Position numbers and translations under genes: made by a program
Shown: positions 62,232 through 64,000 of the stretch, in pieces
Layout of the letters: each line of letters begins with the position of its first letter
Position numbering within the stretch: position 1 is the first letter of the stretch
From: Pelagomonas calceolata
Taxonomy: Eukaryota
NCBI GenBank assembly: GCA_918797485.1
Contig: CAKKNE010000006.1
Location: 3,224,001-3,288,000 of the forward strand
Reading direction: 5' to 3'
Length of the DNA stretch: 64,000 nucleotides
The notes under the pieces: generated by a model
What the model saw: the letters and a program-made list of their open reading frames with translations, nothing else
What the model was told of the DNA's origin: nothing
The model's database searches: none

Positions 62232-63248
62232 ATGAGGCTGCTGCTGGCCTATGTGATCACAAAAGCACTGGGAGCCACGGTCACGCTCGACAGCAACGAC
62301 GTGCGCCACGCCTTTGTGGGCGGCGGGTCCGGGCGCGTCGCGGCGCGCACGCGCGCGGCGCCGCCCGAGCCCGGCTGCGTCGAGCGGCGCGTCGGGGACA
62401 CCCACCCGGAGCTCGGCAACACCGACGACGTCTTCGTCCGGCGCTGCGGCCCGCCGCCCGTCACGAACGCGACGCGGGTTGCCTTATGCGTGCCCACGCT
62501 CTATGGTGCGTATCTCAGGGCGCCTTCGACGATGCGCTGGGCCGCGGCGTGGCTTGAGCACTATAGAAGCTTGGGCGTCGCCCACTTCTTTGTCTACGCC
62601 GCGGCGCCCGTGCGAGGGCTGGACGCCGCCGACGTCACGTTGCTGGACGTGGCGTGGCTCGGCGGCTGCCGCGCGCTACCCAAAACGCACCACGCGCGGT
62701 GCGCGTACACACAAAACCGGAGCCTCGTCTACTGGGGCCAGAACTGGGTCCTGAACGACTGCCACCAGCGCGCGGCTGCCCAAGGCTTCGGCTGGGCGCT
62801 CGCGGTGGACCTCGACGAGGTCCTCGAGCTCGGGCCGAACCGCACGTTGGCGGACCTCGCCCGCGATCCCGTCGACGTGCACACCTTCGGCTCCTCGGCC
62901 GAGCGGCCGCGCCCCTGCGGCGCGCCGTGTGCCGCCGGCGCCGCGCCGCCTCCCGCGCGGCCGCATTGCCTCCCGCGGTACTGCGGCGACTGCGAGCGGT
63001 GCCTCGGCCATCGCGGCCGGCGAAAGCACCTCTCCCGCGTCGCGCGCGTGCACGGTGCGAACATCCACTTCGTCTCGCCCCGCGCCTGCGCGCCGCCGTG
63101 CCAGGTCCGTGACCACGCGGCGACGAACGCCTGGCTTCGGCACTTCGGCGGCCGTAAGTCGCGGTCCGGGATGCGGTCGCTCCGTATCACGGACGGGTGC
63201 CCGAGGACCTACTGCGAGACGGCTGGTTGGATGGGCCCCCAGCAGTAA
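62232..63248 (+). CDS. glycosyltransferase family 92-like (GT-A) protein
   Basis: Signal peptide; WLEHYRSLGVAHFFVY, Q...NDC, WALAVDLDEVL (DxD). Confidence 0.75.
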   Translation: MRLLLAYVITKALGATVTLDSNDVRHAFVGGGSGRVAARTRAAPPEPGCVERRVGDTHPELGNTDDVFVRRCGPPPVTNATRVALCVPTLYGAYLRAPSTMRWAAAWLEHYRSLGVAHFFVYAAAPVRGLDAADVTLLDVAWLGGCRALPKTHHARCAYTQNRSLVYWGQNWVLNDCHQRAAAQGFGWALAVDLDEVLELGPNRTLADLARDPVDVHTFGSSAERPRPCGAPCAAGAAPPPARPHCLPRYCGDCERCLGHRGRRKHLSRVARVHGANIHFVSPRACAPPCQVRDHAATNAWLRHFGGRKSRSGMRSLRITDGCPRTYCETAGWMGPQQ

Positions 63249-63547
63249 TCTGGTACGGTGACTAGTGAGTGGAGATCCGGGGGAGACACCGCGCGTCGCC
63301 GATTCATCGGCGGCGGGCGCGTGCCGCGTTTTTTATAGCAGCATACCTCCTTCCAAGCAGAGCCGCCTCGGCAAACCCCCCGCACAAGTGTATGTCTCCA
63401 CGGAGCTAATGTAGACATACTAGATTTTTCACACAGAGCAAAGTTAAAACTGGGCAGCCTCCAGGCTGTGCCGTTCACCACTGTTCAAAGAGGCATGCAT
63501 TCGGTGTCTGGGCTGCTGAAAGGGCAGCTCTCCGACCGCACAAACAC

Positions 63548-64000
63548 ATGAAGGACCATCCCCCGCGGCGCCGCCCGGCGGCGCTCCTGCCCCGACTCCT
63601 TCTCGCCGCGCCCGTCGCGGTCTTCATGGTGCTCTACGCGCGCACCGAACGAACGCGACGACCGGAAACCACGAAGGCGGGCCTCATCTATTTAAGAATC
63701 GCGGACCCGCGCCACCGCCAGGACGCGTTCCGCGCGAGCTGGCCGCCGTGGCTGCCCGCGCTCGAGGCCTCGGCGCGCGCGAACGCGCGGAGCGTGACGT
63801 ACTATTTTATCGGCGCGCCGGCGAACGTGACGTGCGTCAACTGCGTCGAGATTCCATTGGACCTCGCCGGCCTGCGGGCGCGCGTCGCGAAGTATCTGGG
63901 CGTCGCCGACATGGAAATCAAAAGCGTCAAAAATAAAATCTGCGACCTCAAGCCCATGTGGCCCGTGCTCTTCCCCGAGGTCAGCGCGCGCCACGAGTGG
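63548..64000 (+). CDS. type II membrane protein, DUF6625-like putative glycosyltransferase (runs off window end)
   Basis: My translation: MKDHPPRRRPAALLPRLLLAAPVAVFMVLY...WPPWLPALEASARAN...KICDLKPMWPVLF; open to the window end. Confidence 0.65.
   Translation, partial: MKDHPPRRRPAALLPRLLLAAPVAVFMVLYARTERTRRPETTKAGLIYLRIADPRHRQDAFRASWPPWLPALEASARANARSVTYYFIGAPANVTCVNCVEIPLDLAGLRARVAKYLGVADMEIKSVKNKICDLKPMWPVLFPEVSARHEW

Noticed and set aside
61959..62405. N-terminal extension of the 544-aa WD40 ORF
   Set aside because: It runs through the divergent promoter and into the next gene antisense; the likely start is the ATG at 61958.
1..64000. An autonomous transposase or reverse transcriptase that could mobilise the introns
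   Set aside because: No DDE, hAT or RT motifs were recognised in any ORF; any driver must lie elsewhere.

Overview
GC-rich, gene-dense eukaryotic nuclear DNA. The source is most likely a pelagophyte alga (Pelagomonas/Aureococcus-like), judged from heterokont bipartite plastid-targeting presequences, compact genes and an expanded TPR family. I find about 35 protein-coding loci and no rRNA, tRNA or CRISPR. The main unexplained structure is about 40 short (53-289 bp) spliceosomal introns, most sharing sequence modules and always oriented with the host gene, i.e. introner-like mobile introns. Removing them restores frame and conserved motifs in nine genes, including a ~2400-aa LRR-IQ-coiled-coil-EF-hand gene with 18 introns that the ORF track shows only as fragments. 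Two classes appear: a TIR + 8-bp target-duplication class whose donor lies in the duplicated host sequence, and a commoner class that seems to carry both splice sites. About a fifth of the donors are GC. A pseudo-palindromic 20-23 bp motif (CTAGTGTCTT-N-CGCTAG) sits upstream of many genes and is a candidate core-promoter element. Other notable items are a RelA/SpoT-like nucleotidyltransferase-TPR protein and a frameshifted IMP1/IMP2-like gene. All intron boundaries were deduced by eye from frame restoration and have no transcript support.
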